Of a DNA stretch of 62,641 bases, positions 62,555-62,641 are shown piece after piece. The notes below the pieces were generated by a model. The model searched no databases. It was not told the DNA's origin and saw only the letters and a list, made by a program, of their open reading frames with translations. Source of the stretch: Nitrososphaerota archaeon (lineage in GTDB: Archaea; Iainarchaeota; Iainarchaeia; Iainarchaeales; GCA-2688035); the NCBI GenBank assembly GCA_017610265.1, contig JAFCCH010000016.1, positions 1-62,641 on the forward strand, given 5' to 3'. Each line of letters starts with the position of its first letter. Position 1 is the stretch's first letter. The translations under genes and the position numbers were made by a program.

Positions 62555-62641
62555 TTAGGTTCTTTGTATTCTGGTGTATGAAAAGCCACCGCCGCCAGGG
62601 ATGCAGTCATAGGGGCTTATCCACTGGCTGAAAACTATGTC
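62555..62641 (-). CDS. 3' end of an unidentified gene running off the window
   Basis: The frame is open from the window edge to TAA 62555-62557 (..WISPYDCIPGGGGFSYTRIQRT). Confidence 0.25.
   Translation of the reverse strand, partial: DIVFSQWISPYDCIPGGGGFSYTRIQRT

Overview
AT-rich, densely coded 62.6-kb stretch that reads as archaeal chromosome. The evidence is GatD/GatE, TBP, an ATP-dependent DNA ligase, archaeal-type ProRS, bifunctional PGI/PMI and a polyprenyl synthase. Many small orphan membrane or secreted proteins and strong GGAGGTGAT-type Shine-Dalgarno sites suggest a small-genome DPANN-like lineage; this is inference only. I support about 70 CDS and 4 tRNAs: Ile-GAU, Gln-UUG, Pro-UGG and Pro-GGG. 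There is no rRNA and no CRISPR array.

Themes:
- An indirect-aminoacylation supercluster: aspS, gatC-gatA-[2 IMPase paralogs]-[MBL]-gatB-yjbQ, tRNA-Gln, gatE and gatD.
- A proline-themed neighbourhood: tRNA-Pro x2, proB and proS.
- Sugar metabolism: glycerate kinase, PGI/PMI and class II FBA.
- A deacetylase plus Pat-type (ACS-GNAT) acetyltransferase pair.
- Two free-standing LAGLIDADG genes.
- Several large Cys-rich exported proteins.

No complete, clearly novel multi-gene system is demonstrable from sequence alone. The most interesting signals are:
1. A zinc-ribbon coding segment in the +1 frame directly after tbp. It is one of four +1 frame breaks that are each repairable by removing one base of a short homopolymer, so assembly indels must be excluded first.
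2. An exact 17-nt copy of the tRNA-Gln 3' end bracketing a one-gene orphan insert.
3. A recurrent TATA-proximal motif (TTATTGGnnnTGATGAG) in front of small membrane-protein genes. One copy has full C/D-box sRNA geometry.
4. An 11-bp x8 phased A-tract array upstream of an internally deleted gpgS pseudogene.
5. Short perfect direct repeats bracketing single genes.

All function calls come from motifs recognised by eye. No searches were run.
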